Shown here one piece after another: positions 10,640-20,066 of a DNA stretch of 64,000 bases. This stretch comes from an uncultured Verrucomicrobiae bacterium (lineage in GTDB: Bacteria; Verrucomicrobiota; Verrucomicrobiia; Chthoniobacterales; JAATET01): NCBI GenBank assembly GCA_963719495.1, contig CAVRCI010000002.1, positions 764,516 to 828,515 of the forward strand, in the 5' to 3' direction. Within the stretch, counting starts at the first letter, position 1; the number at the start of each line of letters is the position of its first letter. A program made the translations under genes and the position numbers. Below the pieces are notes generated by a model, which was given only the letters and a program-made list of their open reading frames with translations, was not told where the DNA came from and made no database searches.

Positions 10640-11656
10640 TCAGTAGCTGTGACTCGTGAGCGTCACTTTCCCGCGGAAGATGTAGTAGATGCTCGCGGTG
10701 TAGGCCAGGACGATGGGGATGCCCAAGCAGGCGATGATGAGCATCGTCATCAGGGTGCCCTGGCTGGAAGCGGCGTTGATCACGGTGAGGGAATTTTCCG
10801 GCAGCGGATTCGAGTAGACCATGTTCGGGTAGTAGCTCAGTCCGAAGGTGGCCATCATGAGGGCCATTCCGGCGCACGACGACAGGAAGGCATTGAACTC
10901 GCGCCCATTGTGGATCTCGCGGGGGACGTTGAGCACCACGAGGATGCCCAGCGCCGCCACGGCGAAGATGTAGGACCGCTCGCGAACGAGGCCGATGATG
11001 CGCTCGACTTCGATGAAGGTGAAAATATTGAAAATGAAGTAGGCGGCGATGAAGAGGCCGATGAGCTTGGGAATCCAGCTGCGGACGATGGCCTGGAGTT
11101 CGCCCTCGGTCTTCATCGCCACGTAGATCGCCCCGTGCATGGCAAAGAGGAGGACGGTGGTGACGCCCATCCAGAGGGCGTAGGGGTTGAGCAGACTCAG
11201 GAGGGTGCCGGCGAACTCGTGGTCGGCGTCGAGCGGGATGCCTTGCACGATATTTCCCATCGCGACCCCGATTAAAAAGGCCGACATCACGCTGCCGCCA
11301 GCGAAGGCGACGTCCCACATTTGCCGCCACCAGCCCCACGATTCTTTACTGCGGAACTCGATCGCGACGGCGCGAAAGATCAGGGACACGAGCAGCAGCA
11401 TGAACGGGAGGTAGAAGCCGGAAAACACCGTCGCATAGGCCTCGGGGAAGGCGGCGAAGAGCGCGCCGCCGCCCGTCACCAACCACACCTCGTTGCCGTC
11501 CCAGACGGGACCGATGGAGTTGAGCATCAGGCGGCGATGCTCGTCCTTCTTGACGAAGAGATGCAGCGCGCCGACGCCGAGGTCGAAGCCGTCGAGGATG
11601 GCGTAGCCGGTGAACAGGACTCCGACGAGAATGAACCAGATGAGGTTGAGATCCAT
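10640..11656 (-). CDS. cydB: Cytochrome bd ubiquinol oxidase subunit II
   Basis: LDGFDLGVG and IGPVWDGNEVWL motifs. Confidence 0.96.
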   Translation of the reverse strand: MDLNLIWFILVGVLFTGYAILDGFDLGVGALHLFVKKDEHRRLMLNSIGPVWDGNEVWLVTGGGALFAAFPEAYATVFSGFYLPFMLLLVSLIFRAVAIEFRSKESWGWWRQMWDVAFAGGSVMSAFLIGVAMGNIVQGIPLDADHEFAGTLLSLLNPYALWMGVTTVLLFAMHGAIYVAMKTEGELQAIVRSWIPKLIGLFIAAYFIFNIFTFIEVERIIGLVRERSYIFAVAALGILVVLNVPREIHNGREFNAFLSSCAGMALMMATFGLSYYPNMVYSNPLPENSLTVINAASSQGTLMTMLIIACLGIPIVLAYTASIYYIFRGKVTLTSHSY

Positions 11657-11681
11657 TGGTTTCTAGATTGCCAGGGTGGGC

Positions 11682-13202
11682 TTAGGTCCGGGGCAGCTTG
11701 TCGTCCGCCCGGAGGATGGCTTTCCAACTTTCGGGTAGTTCTTCGCTTTGTTCGCCTTCGTCGGGACCGTGCTGAATCTTGCGGCTCAGCAGGTAGATGA
11801 ACAAGACGAAGAGGAGAAGGTAGACGAAAGCGAACATGATGAGCGAGGCGAGGACCTCGTTGGCCGTCACGACTTTCGAGAGGGCCTGAGACGTCTTGAG
11901 AAGCTCGTAGACGATCCAGGGTTGGCGACCAAGTTCGGCGGTGAACCAGCCGGCTTGGTTGGCGATCTGCGGCCCGATCACGGAAAGGACCAACGACCAC
12001 AGCAGGAGACGCGTCGGCAACCAGTCCGTCTGAAAAAGCCAGCCGCGCCACCAGAAGAAGCAGGCCACGACGACGAGTCCGGCGAGAGCGGTGCCGATGG
12101 CGATCATGAGGTGATAAGCCTGGAAGACCGCGTTGACCTTTGGCCAATAAGACGGGCGGATCTCGGCGAGTTCTTCCTTCGTGGCGTCCGGGTAACGTTT
12201 GAGAAGGAATTCGTCCGGTGGGAGGTCGTTCAGACCAGTGACGGGCTGCTTGAAATTGTCGAAAGCGAGAAAGCTCAGAAGCCCGGGAATCCCCGGACCG
12301 GAGGTCGTGCGGTTCTTCGTATCAACCCAACCGAAGAGGGTCATCGGCGTGTAATCGGCGGTTTCGAAGACGCCTTCCATGGCGGCCAGCTTCACGGGTT
12401 GATTCACGACGACGCTCTTGGCTCCGACGCTTCCGCTGACGATCTGAAGGAGCGTTGCGACGGTCGCAAACGCGAGGCCGACTTTGATCGAGGCGCGGGA
12501 GAAATCCTTGTGACGGCCACGCAGGATGAAGAAGGCGCTGATGCTGACGACGAGAAAGGCACCGGCCATCCAAGCTCCGAGGACGACATGCGTCAGCCGC
12601 TCGACGGAGGAGGGATTGAAGACCATCGCCCAGAAATCGGTGACGACGGCGCGGACCGAGCCCAGGTCGTCGGCGGTGACGACGTGGCCGGCGGGCAGGA
12701 TGTTGGGCACTCCGTCGATCATCGTTTCGAGGTGGAAACCGGCGGGCGTCTGCATCCACGAGTTGGCGACCACGATCCAGACGGCGCTGAAGTGGGCTCC
12801 GGCGCACACCATGCAGGTGGCGAAGAAGTGGAGGCGCGGGCCGACCTTGTCCCAGCCGAAGAGCAGAAGGGCGAGGAAGCCGGACTCGAGGAAGAAGGCG
12901 AAGATGCCCTCGGCGGCGAGGGCGCTGCCGAAGATGTCGCCGACGAAGCGCGAGTAGGTCGCCCAGTTTGTGCCGAATTCAAATTCCATCACGATGCCCG
13001 TCGCGACCCCGATGGCGAACGTGAGCGCGAAGACCCGCGTCCAGAAGCGCGCCATGTTGTGGAAGAGCGGGTTGCCGGTTTTCAGCCAGATTCCCTCCAT
13101 GATCACGAGCGAAACCCCTAGGCCGATGGACAACGGCGGGTAGATGTAATGGAACATGATCGTGAATGCGAACTGCACCCGCGCGAGGATTTCGACGTCC
13201 AT
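11682..13202 (-). CDS. cydA: Cytochrome bd ubiquinol oxidase subunit I
   Basis: ARVQFAFTIMFH, FEFGTNW, QPVKLAAMEG, ELGRQPWIVY. Confidence 0.96.
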   Translation of the reverse strand: MDVEILARVQFAFTIMFHYIYPPLSIGLGVSLVIMEGIWLKTGNPLFHNMARFWTRVFALTFAIGVATGIVMEFEFGTNWATYSRFVGDIFGSALAAEGIFAFFLESGFLALLLFGWDKVGPRLHFFATCMVCAGAHFSAVWIVVANSWMQTPAGFHLETMIDGVPNILPAGHVVTADDLGSVRAVVTDFWAMVFNPSSVERLTHVVLGAWMAGAFLVVSISAFFILRGRHKDFSRASIKVGLAFATVATLLQIVSGSVGAKSVVVNQPVKLAAMEGVFETADYTPMTLFGWVDTKNRTTSGPGIPGLLSFLAFDNFKQPVTGLNDLPPDEFLLKRYPDATKEELAEIRPSYWPKVNAVFQAYHLMIAIGTALAGLVVVACFFWWRGWLFQTDWLPTRLLLWSLVLSVIGPQIANQAGWFTAELGRQPWIVYELLKTSQALSKVVTANEVLASLIMFAFVYLLLFVLFIYLLSRKIQHGPDEGEQSEELPESWKAILRADDKLPRT

Positions 13203-13327
13203 GTCGGGAAGGTAGCGGGGTTTCCGTCGGCGGAGCCATAAGTTTCTCCCAGCGCGGCCCGGAAACGTAAAGACGCCCGTAATTTTGGTCCCAACCGAGT
13301 CGGATGAGCGCGACGATCCGGGGGAAA

Positions 13328-14893
13328 TCAGACTCCCCGGGGGGCGACCAGGCGCTCGACGCGGCCGAGGACGAGGTCGACGGCGATCGCCAGGAGAGCG
13401 GCGGGGATGGCTCCGGTGAGGATGAGGTTGGCGTCGTTGAGTTGGAGACCGGTGAGGATGGGCTCGCCGAGGCCGCCCGCTCCGACGAAGGCGGCGAGGG
13501 TGGCGACGCCGACTCCGATAACGGTCGACGTGCGGACGCCGGCCATGATCGTGGGGGTGGCGAGGGGGAACTGGACGATTCGGAGGACTTGGAAGCGGGT
13601 GAGACCCATGCCGCGGGCGGCTTCGAGGAGGTCGGCGTCGACGCCGTTGATGCCGGTGAACGTGTTGCGAACGATGGGGAGGAGGGCGTAGAGGAAGAGA
13701 GCGGCGATGGCGGCCGGGAAGCCGAGGCCGAGGATCGGGATCATGAGTGCGAGGAGGGCGAGACTGGGAATCGTCTGAATGACGCCAGTGGTCCAGAGGA
13801 CGGGCGGGGCGAGCCGACGCCAGTGAATGATGGCGATGCCGAGCGGAACGCCGACCGCGCAGGCGAGGAGGACGGAAAGGCCGGTGAGTTGGAGGTGCTC
13901 CCAGGTGAGCCGGGCCGTGACGCCAGCGCGCGAGAGCATGAGGGGTCCGAAACCGCGGGCGCGGGGAGCGGTGGATGCGACTTTGGGTGCTTCGGAACGG
14001 GCGTCGAGGTCGGCGAGTCGGCCGCTCGCGCGGAGGGTGAGAAACTCGGTGGCGACGTCGGCGACGCTGCGACCGCGGCCTTCGACTTCGGCGTTGAGTT
14101 GGCGCACGCGGGCGTCGGGGAGGGTGAACGCGAGTCCGGCGAGGGCGGGTGCGATCTCGGGGTGGCGGGCGAGGATTTCGGAGCGAACGAGGGGGGCGGA
14201 ATTGTAGGCGGGGAAGAATTGGCGATCGTCGAGGAGGACGCGGAGGTCGAGTTCGGCGAGTTTGCCGTCGGTGTTGTAGACGTCGATGAGGTCGAGCTGG
14301 CCGGCGGCAATGGCGGGGTAGGCGAGGCCGTGCTCGATGCCGCGGATGTCCGGGAAAGTGAGTTCGTAGGCGGCGCGGAGGCCCGGCCAGCCGTCGGGAC
14401 GGTTGAGGAATTCGTGCCCGAATCCGGCGCGGAGGTCGGGGTGGTCGGCCAGGTCGGAGATGCGGGTGATGCCGAGGGCCTCGGCCTGCTCGTCCCGCAT
14501 GGCGAGGGCGTAGGTGTTGTTGGCGCCGAAGGGAGCGAGCCAGGTGAGGTCGAAGCGGTCGGTGAACTCGGTCCGGACGCGGTGGAGCGTGCGCATCGGG
14601 TCGCCGGTGGGCGATTCCTCGAGGATGGCGACGAGGCCGGTGCCGGTGTATTCGGCGTAGAGGTCGAGGGCTCCCTCCTGGAGCGCGGAGAAACAGATCA
14701 TGGTCCCGCCGAGGCCGAGGCGGCGTTCGACGGTGAGGTCGGTCTCGGTCTCGATGACCTGCGCCATAATTTCGCCGAGGAGGCGAGATTCGGTGAAGTT
14801 TTTCGATCCGACGACGATCGAGTCGGATTGGGCGGTGGCGGTCGCGAGCACGCCGAACAGGGTGGCAATGAGCAGGGTGGCGATGCGGAGCAT
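13328..14893 (-). CDS. Osmoprotectant (glycine betaine/choline-type) ABC transporter, fused substrate-binding and permease domains
   Basis: VVGSKNFTES, YAEYTGT, NNTYALA, then the permease motifs QTIPSLALL and EAARGMG. Confidence 0.9.
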   Translation of the reverse strand: MLRIATLLIATLFGVLATATAQSDSIVVGSKNFTESRLLGEIMAQVIETETDLTVERRLGLGGTMICFSALQEGALDLYAEYTGTGLVAILEESPTGDPMRTLHRVRTEFTDRFDLTWLAPFGANNTYALAMRDEQAEALGITRISDLADHPDLRAGFGHEFLNRPDGWPGLRAAYELTFPDIRGIEHGLAYPAIAAGQLDLIDVYNTDGKLAELDLRVLLDDRQFFPAYNSAPLVRSEILARHPEIAPALAGLAFTLPDARVRQLNAEVEGRGRSVADVATEFLTLRASGRLADLDARSEAPKVASTAPRARGFGPLMLSRAGVTARLTWEHLQLTGLSVLLACAVGVPLGIAIIHWRRLAPPVLWTTGVIQTIPSLALLALMIPILGLGFPAAIAALFLYALLPIVRNTFTGINGVDADLLEAARGMGLTRFQVLRIVQFPLATPTIMAGVRTSTVIGVGVATLAAFVGAGGLGEPILTGLQLNDANLILTGAIPAALLAIAVDLVLGRVERLVAPRGV

Positions 14894-14910
14894 GGGATAA
14901 TTCTTAACGA

Positions 14911-15663
14911 TCAATTCGCCGTGCCGACTTGGGTCTTGATGAACTCGCGAACGAAATCGTTGGCGGGATTTTCGCGGAGATCGGATTCGGTGCCGAGCTG
15001 GACGAGGCGACCGCGGTCCATGATGGCGACGCGGTCGCCGAGGTCGAAGGCTTCGGCGAGATCGTGGGTGACGAGGATGACGGTCTTACCGACTTTGGCC
15101 TGGAGGTCGCGGAATTCGGCGTGGAGCTGGCCGCGGGTGATCGGGTCGAGCGCGCCGAAGGGTTCGTCCATCAGAATGGTGTCCGGGTCGAGGGCGAGCG
15201 CGCGGGCCACGCCGATGCGCTGACGCTGACCGCCGGAGAGCTCGCGCGGGAGGCGGTGGGCGAACTCGGCGGGCGGAAGGCCGACGAGTCCGAGCAGGTC
15301 GTGAACGCGGTCGCGGGTGCGGGGTTTTTCCCAGCCCTCGAGGTCGCAGAGGAGGCCGACGTTGCGACCAACGGTGAGGTGGGGGAAGAGCCCGCCGCTC
15401 TGGATGACGTAACCGATGCGTCGGCGGAGCGCGATCTCGTCGAGGTCACGGACGTTGGTCCCGCCGAGCAGAATCGTGCCACCGGAGGGTTCGATGAGAC
15501 GATTGATCATCTTCATGACCGTCGTCTTGCCGGAGCCGCTGGTTCCGATGAGGCAGAGGGTCTCGTGCTCTTGGATCGTGAAGCTCACGCGGTCGACGGC
15601 AACGACAGCGTCGGAGCCGCGATGGGCGGGGAAGGTCTTGGAGATGTCGCGGAGTTCGATCAT
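14911..15663 (-). CDS. Osmoprotectant ABC transporter ATP-binding subunit (OpuA/OsmV-like)
   Basis: GTSGSGKTT, LSGGQRQR, MDEPFGALDPITR. Confidence 0.92.
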   Translation of the reverse strand: MIELRDISKTFPAHRGSDAVVAVDRVSFTIQEHETLCLIGTSGSGKTTVMKMINRLIEPSGGTILLGGTNVRDLDEIALRRRIGYVIQSGGLFPHLTVGRNVGLLCDLEGWEKPRTRDRVHDLLGLVGLPPAEFAHRLPRELSGGQRQRIGVARALALDPDTILMDEPFGALDPITRGQLHAEFRDLQAKVGKTVILVTHDLAEAFDLGDRVAIMDRGRLVQLGTESDLRENPANDFVREFIKTQVGTAN

Positions 15664-15923
15664 GGGGCGGGTTTAGCGGTGGGGCTTTGAGGGGCGGCGG
15701 ACGAATCGAGCCCCGAAGTGAATGGTAGCAAGTGTCGCCGTGGGCTGGCGAGGCGCCTCCTTCGGCGGGTTCATCGACAACCAATTCTTCATGGGTCGAC
15801 AAGGTTTGGACGGCCAGATACATCAAATTGAAAGGCCTGCTTCCTCGACGAATATGCAGAATCTCTGAGGCAATACACGCCATCGGCGTCGATTTTGGAC
15901 GAAAGTAGCCTTGGGTAATCGGC

Positions 15924-16451
15924 TTATTTCGGGAGCGCGCCGGTGATCAAAAATTCTACGAAGCGAATTCGGGTCAGCTTCTCCACCGATTCCGACTCAA
16001 GGCCGTCGCTGGAACTCTTCATGATCTCAAAGAAGACGGAACCCGGGCTTTCGATGCCGGCGGCTTCTGCTGATTTCACGGTCAAGGCCCGCGTGCCACG
16101 TTGAAGGGTTTCCGCCCAAGTCTCCCGACTTGAGATCACGCGGTCATAAAGAACGTCACCGGCTGAAAAATCGAAGAGCGCGCCCTGAGTCCAAATCATT
16201 TCGACAACCCCCTTCGCTTCTTTCGCGTCCTTCTTGAATACGCGTTGTGTCATCCGAATATCGAGAGCGGTCTTGAAAAATTTACTGACAGGAAATGCCC
16301 ACCCAACAGCGTAACCTTTCTCGAAATCGGAGAATATCTCCGTCAATCGCTTGCTGCTTTGGCACGCTCGTTGGAGAAGCTCCAGCGATCTTTGTTGATC
16401 TGGATTCAGCGAGGCAGGCGATTGGGTATTGAATTCTAGTTGGTCAGTCAT
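15924..16451 (-). CDS. Hypothetical protein
   Basis: 175-aa ORF in a more AT-rich stretch, coupled to the BRCT gene by an ATGA overlap. Confidence 0.65.
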   Translation of the reverse strand: MTDQLEFNTQSPASLNPDQQRSLELLQRACQSSKRLTEIFSDFEKGYAVGWAFPVSKFFKTALDIRMTQRVFKKDAKEAKGVVEMIWTQGALFDFSAGDVLYDRVISSRETWAETLQRGTRALTVKSAEAAGIESPGSVFFEIMKSSSDGLESESVEKLTRIRFVEFLITGALPK

Positions 16452-17086
16452 CGAAGGAAGCGAGTAAAGGTCTCTTCGCTAATGATCGAAAGCTCCGATC
16501 CAGCGTTCCGTAGTTCGATCCCACGTTCGATTTTCGTTCCATAGTTGGAATACTTCCAATCCCGGCTGACAAAATGCCCGATGACGAGGTAGCGAGTGGC
16601 GTGACGAGGCGTGCTGCTATGTTTTCCGCCCCTGGCGACGATAGCCTCCACAACCTTTGCTCGTGTTCCCAAGGCGAAGCGTCCGGTTGTGCAGAATTCA
16701 GAATTGAAGCTGAGTGCCGGAGGTTGGGGGGCGCAAAGTGGCAGTCGCGTCGAAGGGCTCTTTGCTTGCGGCGAGAAGGTCTGTTCAACTTCACCGCCAA
16801 TGATCATCTCCAATATCGCCTGAAGCTCCTTAAATTCCTCGTCCGTTACGACTTCGTCCTCAAATACTTTTCCAACTCGGTCGGATATTTCAGAGAACGG
16901 CCAAATTCCCTCCACCTCACGATACCTCGAGACCCAGTTGCGAAAAACATTTGCCTCAGCCCGATTGACTTCACCGTCCGCAAGGATTCCCTCGCAGAGG
17001 CCGCGCAATTGGTCGAAGGCTTTTGAAACGCAGTTGTCCCACGAAGCTTTCGATCGGACAATCGGTTGCCCGTCAGAATCCCGCAA
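16448..17086 (-). CDS. BRCT-domain protein with a helical TerB-like N-terminus
   Basis: GILADGEVNRAEA N-terminus; BRCT pattern FCTTGRF...RGG...YLVIG...YGTKIERGIEL...IISEETF. Confidence 0.8.
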   Translation of the reverse strand: MRDSDGQPIVRSKASWDNCVSKAFDQLRGLCEGILADGEVNRAEANVFRNWVSRYREVEGIWPFSEISDRVGKVFEDEVVTDEEFKELQAILEMIIGGEVEQTFSPQAKSPSTRLPLCAPQPPALSFNSEFCTTGRFALGTRAKVVEAIVARGGKHSSTPRHATRYLVIGHFVSRDWKYSNYGTKIERGIELRNAGSELSIISEETFTRFLR

Positions 17087-17624
17087 ATACGAGTCGTCGT
17101 TACTTATTTAGAGAGTCTATTTCCTGGGCATTTTTCCGAGAGGGGAAAGAGTGCGGGAACTTCGAAAGGTTCGTCAACTATGATCAGCTTCTGCTCGCCA
17201 CCCTTCGGGAAATCGACGGATTCGAGTGGAGCTTATCCGGGCCGCCCTGCCCACCGGTGAGGATGTCTTGTCAAACCTCCGATACGATCTGCCAGTTGGA
17301 CGAGGAGACGCAGAATTCATCCCGATCTCTTATAGCCTGAATTCGATCAAACAGGCGCCGGACTCGATGCGGTTATTGATGTCGGGTCAGAGCGGCAACA
17401 ACCGCGATCTCAAACAGCGATTCGATGGGTTGGTGATCCTACGCCAGATGATGAGTGGGAAGGATCGGTGGCGAGGGAGCGGTCAGCGAAATTGTGAGCT
17501 TTGGTGATGATGCCCGCCTGACCGGACAGTGGCCGATTCCTAACATCCGAGTCTTCGGCTTCGCGAAGCCCGGGGGTTTGAACCGACTTCTCGTCGCTCA
17601 ACAGTCGGTCTTCCACGCTGACCC

Positions 17625-17904
17625 GAATGGCACTGCTTTAAGCGGTTCGTCGGCGGAAAACGGGTTACTGGTTCACCGGATGACTTGAGTCCAAACTGGC
17701 TTATTTACCCTCGCAGGGCAGTTGCGCGCAGTGTGCAGAAAGTCAGAGATTCTTCGGATTACCTCAGAATGACAGCTTGGGGGGACGGGAGACATTCGTT
17801 GCGAAGCAACGTCTTCGTCCAAACCTGTCATCCTGAATGCAATGAAGGATCTCTGACTTTTCAGGACGAGAGCGGTCGAAAACTCGCTTAAAACAGTGCC
17901 ATTC
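17625..17904. mobile_element. 280-bp non-autonomous element (MITE)
   Basis: TIRs GAATGGCACTGCTTTAAGCG / CGCTTAAAACAGTGCCATTC. An 11-bp direct repeat CACGCTGACCC lies at 17614-17624 and 17905-17915. No transposase inside. Confidence 0.85.
17741..17858. repeat. Inverted REP-like pair (GTCATCCTGA..GAAGGATCTC family) inside the MITE
   Basis: AGTCAGAGATTCTTCGGATTACCTCAGAATGACAG and CTGTCATCCTGAATGCAATGAAGGATCTCTGACT. Confidence 0.7.
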
Positions 17905-18059
17905 CACGCTGACCCATTTGGTGCGCGATGCCCGGGACGCTTCGCTGGCGATCAGTCAAAGGTAAGTCTGGGTCTTCGGCTGCAGCCGGGCGATTCGTGA
18001 AAACACCGCTGTTTTTCGCGCTGCCGCCAACCGAGGATTCGACGCGCTGCGGCTACAGA

Positions 18060-18088
18060 TTGACAGCAACCCAGTAACCCAGCAAAAT
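18060..18088 (+). promoter_or_regulatory. Sigma70 promoter of the TA operon with a direct-repeat operator
   Basis: TTGACA-17 nt-CAAAAT. The spacer contains AACCCAG twice. The ATG lies 7 nt downstream, so the mRNA is possibly leaderless. Confidence 0.6.
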
Positions 18089-18094
18089 TGCACA

Positions 18095-18397
18095 ATGAAA
18101 GCGACCTTCGATCTGCCGCCGGGTCTGGTGCGGGAAATGAAGCTTCGCGCGGTTCATGAGGGCCGAAAGCTCAAGGATCTCGCCGCAGACCTTCTGGAGC
18201 GAGGGCTCGCGACTCGGCAGAGTTCCGCGCCACCGGAACCCTCCAAGCCCCGGATCGAGATTCAGCCCAACGGAGTCCCGGTGGTTCGTTGTGGCGAGCG
18301 GGCTCCCGCAAGCCATATGAAGGTCGAAGAATTGCTCCGTTTGGAGCAGACCGCCGTCCACCAGGAGGATCTCCAGCGCCTTGGCCATTCTTTTTGA
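18095..18397 (+). CDS. RHH/CopG-like antitoxin
   Basis: MKATFDLPPGLVREMKLRAVHEGRKLKDL; overlaps the PIN toxin gene. Confidence 0.8.
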   Translation: MKATFDLPPGLVREMKLRAVHEGRKLKDLAADLLERGLATRQSSAPPEPSKPRIEIQPNGVPVVRCGERAPASHMKVEELLRLEQTAVHQEDLQRLGHSF

Positions 18398-18827
18398 TTC
18401 GAACGTCTGGGTGGCACTCACGTTTTCCGCCCACCCGCATCACTCCCTCGCTCTGCGGGAGTTCGCGACCGCAACCGCCGGAAATCCGGTTTGTTTCTGC
18501 CGATCAACCCAGCAGAGTTTCCTGCGTCTCGCGACCACCCCAGCTCTGCTTCGCGCTTACGCTGCCGAAGGGTTCACCAATCGCGATGCGTTGAGCGTTG
18601 TGGATTCGCTCTCCAAACTTCCCACCGTGAAGCTGCTTGCCGAGCCGACAGACTTGGAATCAGCCTGGCATCGCATCGCCAACCTGCCCTCGGCCTCGCC
18701 GAAGGTCTGGATGGATGCCTACCTCGCCGCGTTCGCCATCGGTCACGATGCCGAGTTCGTCACGCTGGACAAGGATTTCCAATCGCTCGTGAAACACGGA
18801 TTGAAATTGCGGCTGCTTTCTCCGTGA
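18381..18827 (+). CDS. vapC: VapC-family PIN toxin
   Basis: LFDSNVW, WMDAYLAAFA, VTLDKDF. Confidence 0.88.
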   Translation: MAILFDSNVWVALTFSAHPHHSLALREFATATAGNPVCFCRSTQQSFLRLATTPALLRAYAAEGFTNRDALSVVDSLSKLPTVKLLAEPTDLESAWHRIANLPSASPKVWMDAYLAAFAIGHDAEFVTLDKDFQSLVKHGLKLRLLSP

Positions 18828-18982
18828 GTCGGACCAAACGCTGTGCCTGGTCGGACTCGCGCGAACGTTTGGAGAATACGTCGAAAAGGAGGTTTTTCGC
18901 GGCTTTGGGCGAGAGCCCTGATATTTGCTGGAACTGATGTGAGTTGGCCGCCGCGTCATAACGAACTCAGTGAATAATGAGA

Positions 18983-19063
18983 CTCACGCGAAGCCGCGAA
19001 GGCGCGAAGAACACGTCGTTATTTGAGACCATTTCGCGCCTTCGCGCCTTCGCGTGAGAATCC
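18983..19063. repeat. Palindromic repeat family A (CTCACGCGAAG..CTTCGCGTGAG)
   Basis: Near reverse-complement copy of 25552-25630 and 28427-28512, including the GGTCTCA loop. Confidence 0.8.
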
Positions 19064-19208
19064 AAATATTTGTTAGAAACGATATCGGTCGCTCGTCCCG
19101 CGCGGGTCCGGCGCACGAATCCGCATTTCACGCGCACGCTCCAGTCTTGCCGCGTCGGTTCGCGTGAATTGGCCGTCCCGGATTCTTCCTCTGGTCGGGG
19201 ATTCGGTT

Positions 19209-19949
19209 TCAGCTCGTTGCCTCGCAGACGGGCCAGATGGTGAGTTGGTCGACGTTGACTCGTTTGGGGAGGCGGAGGCAGGTGATGGCCAGCTCCGCGA
19301 GGTCGGAGGGTTGGATGCGGTCTTCGCGGGGCCAGGGCATGGAGTTTTCGCCGCCGGCGAGTTGGGACCAGGCGGTGTTGACGGCGGCGGGGCAAAGGCA
19401 GTGGACCCGGATGCCGTGGGTGCGGATTTCTTCGTAGAGGGATTTCGAAAATCCGAGGACCCCGTATTTAGCAGCGGCGTAGCTGGCGTATTGCGGGAAA
19501 GGGAGGACGGAGCAAATGGAGCCGACGTTGAGGATGAAGCCGTGGCGACGGGATTTCATGGTCCCGACGACGGCGCGGCTGCCGTAGATGACGCCCTTGA
19601 GGTTGACGTCGATCTGGAGGTCGATTTCCTCGGCGCTGGTATCGTCGAGGGGTTTGGCGACGGCGTTGCCGGCGTTGTTGACGAGGATGTCGACCTGGCC
19701 GAAGTGGTCGAGGGCGCGGGCGACGAGGCGGTCGCAGTCGGCGGCTTTGGAGACGTCGGTGGGGACGGTGATGGCTTCGGTGCCGGGCGGGAGTTTGGTG
19801 AGGAGTTTCTGGAGTTTGTCTTCGCGGCGGGCGGCGAGGACGAGGCGCATGCCTTCGGCGGCAAAGCGTTCGGCCATGCCCCAGCCGATGCCGGAGGAGG
19901 CTCCGGTGATGATGGCGACTTGGTTGGTGAGGGTTTCGGGTTCGTTCAT
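19209..19949 (-). CDS. Short-chain dehydrogenase/reductase
   Basis: TGASSGIG, NNAG, YAAAK. Confidence 0.93.
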   Translation of the reverse strand: MNEPETLTNQVAIITGASSGIGWGMAERFAAEGMRLVLAARREDKLQKLLTKLPPGTEAITVPTDVSKAADCDRLVARALDHFGQVDILVNNAGNAVAKPLDDTSAEEIDLQIDVNLKGVIYGSRAVVGTMKSRRHGFILNVGSICSVLPFPQYASYAAAKYGVLGFSKSLYEEIRTHGIRVHCLCPAAVNTAWSQLAGGENSMPWPREDRIQPSDLAELAITCLRLPKRVNVDQLTIWPVCEATS

Positions 19950-19972
19950 AAGCCTGTTGGGAGGAGTGAATA

Positions 19973-20066
19973 GTTGAGAGTTAGCAGTTGAGAGTTTGAG
20001 ATGGGCAACGCGGACCGGACCGTTGAGTCCTCAGGCATTCGACTCTCAACTAGGAACTCTCAACTT
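19973..20066. repeat. Inverted heptamer tandem arrays
   Basis: GTTGAGA GTTAGCA GTTGAGA ... ACTCTCA ACTAGGA ACTCTCA ACT. Confidence 0.6.

Noticed and set aside
17023..17616. Short ORFs in the AT-richer islet
   Set aside because: Overlapping, motif-less and probably gene debris.
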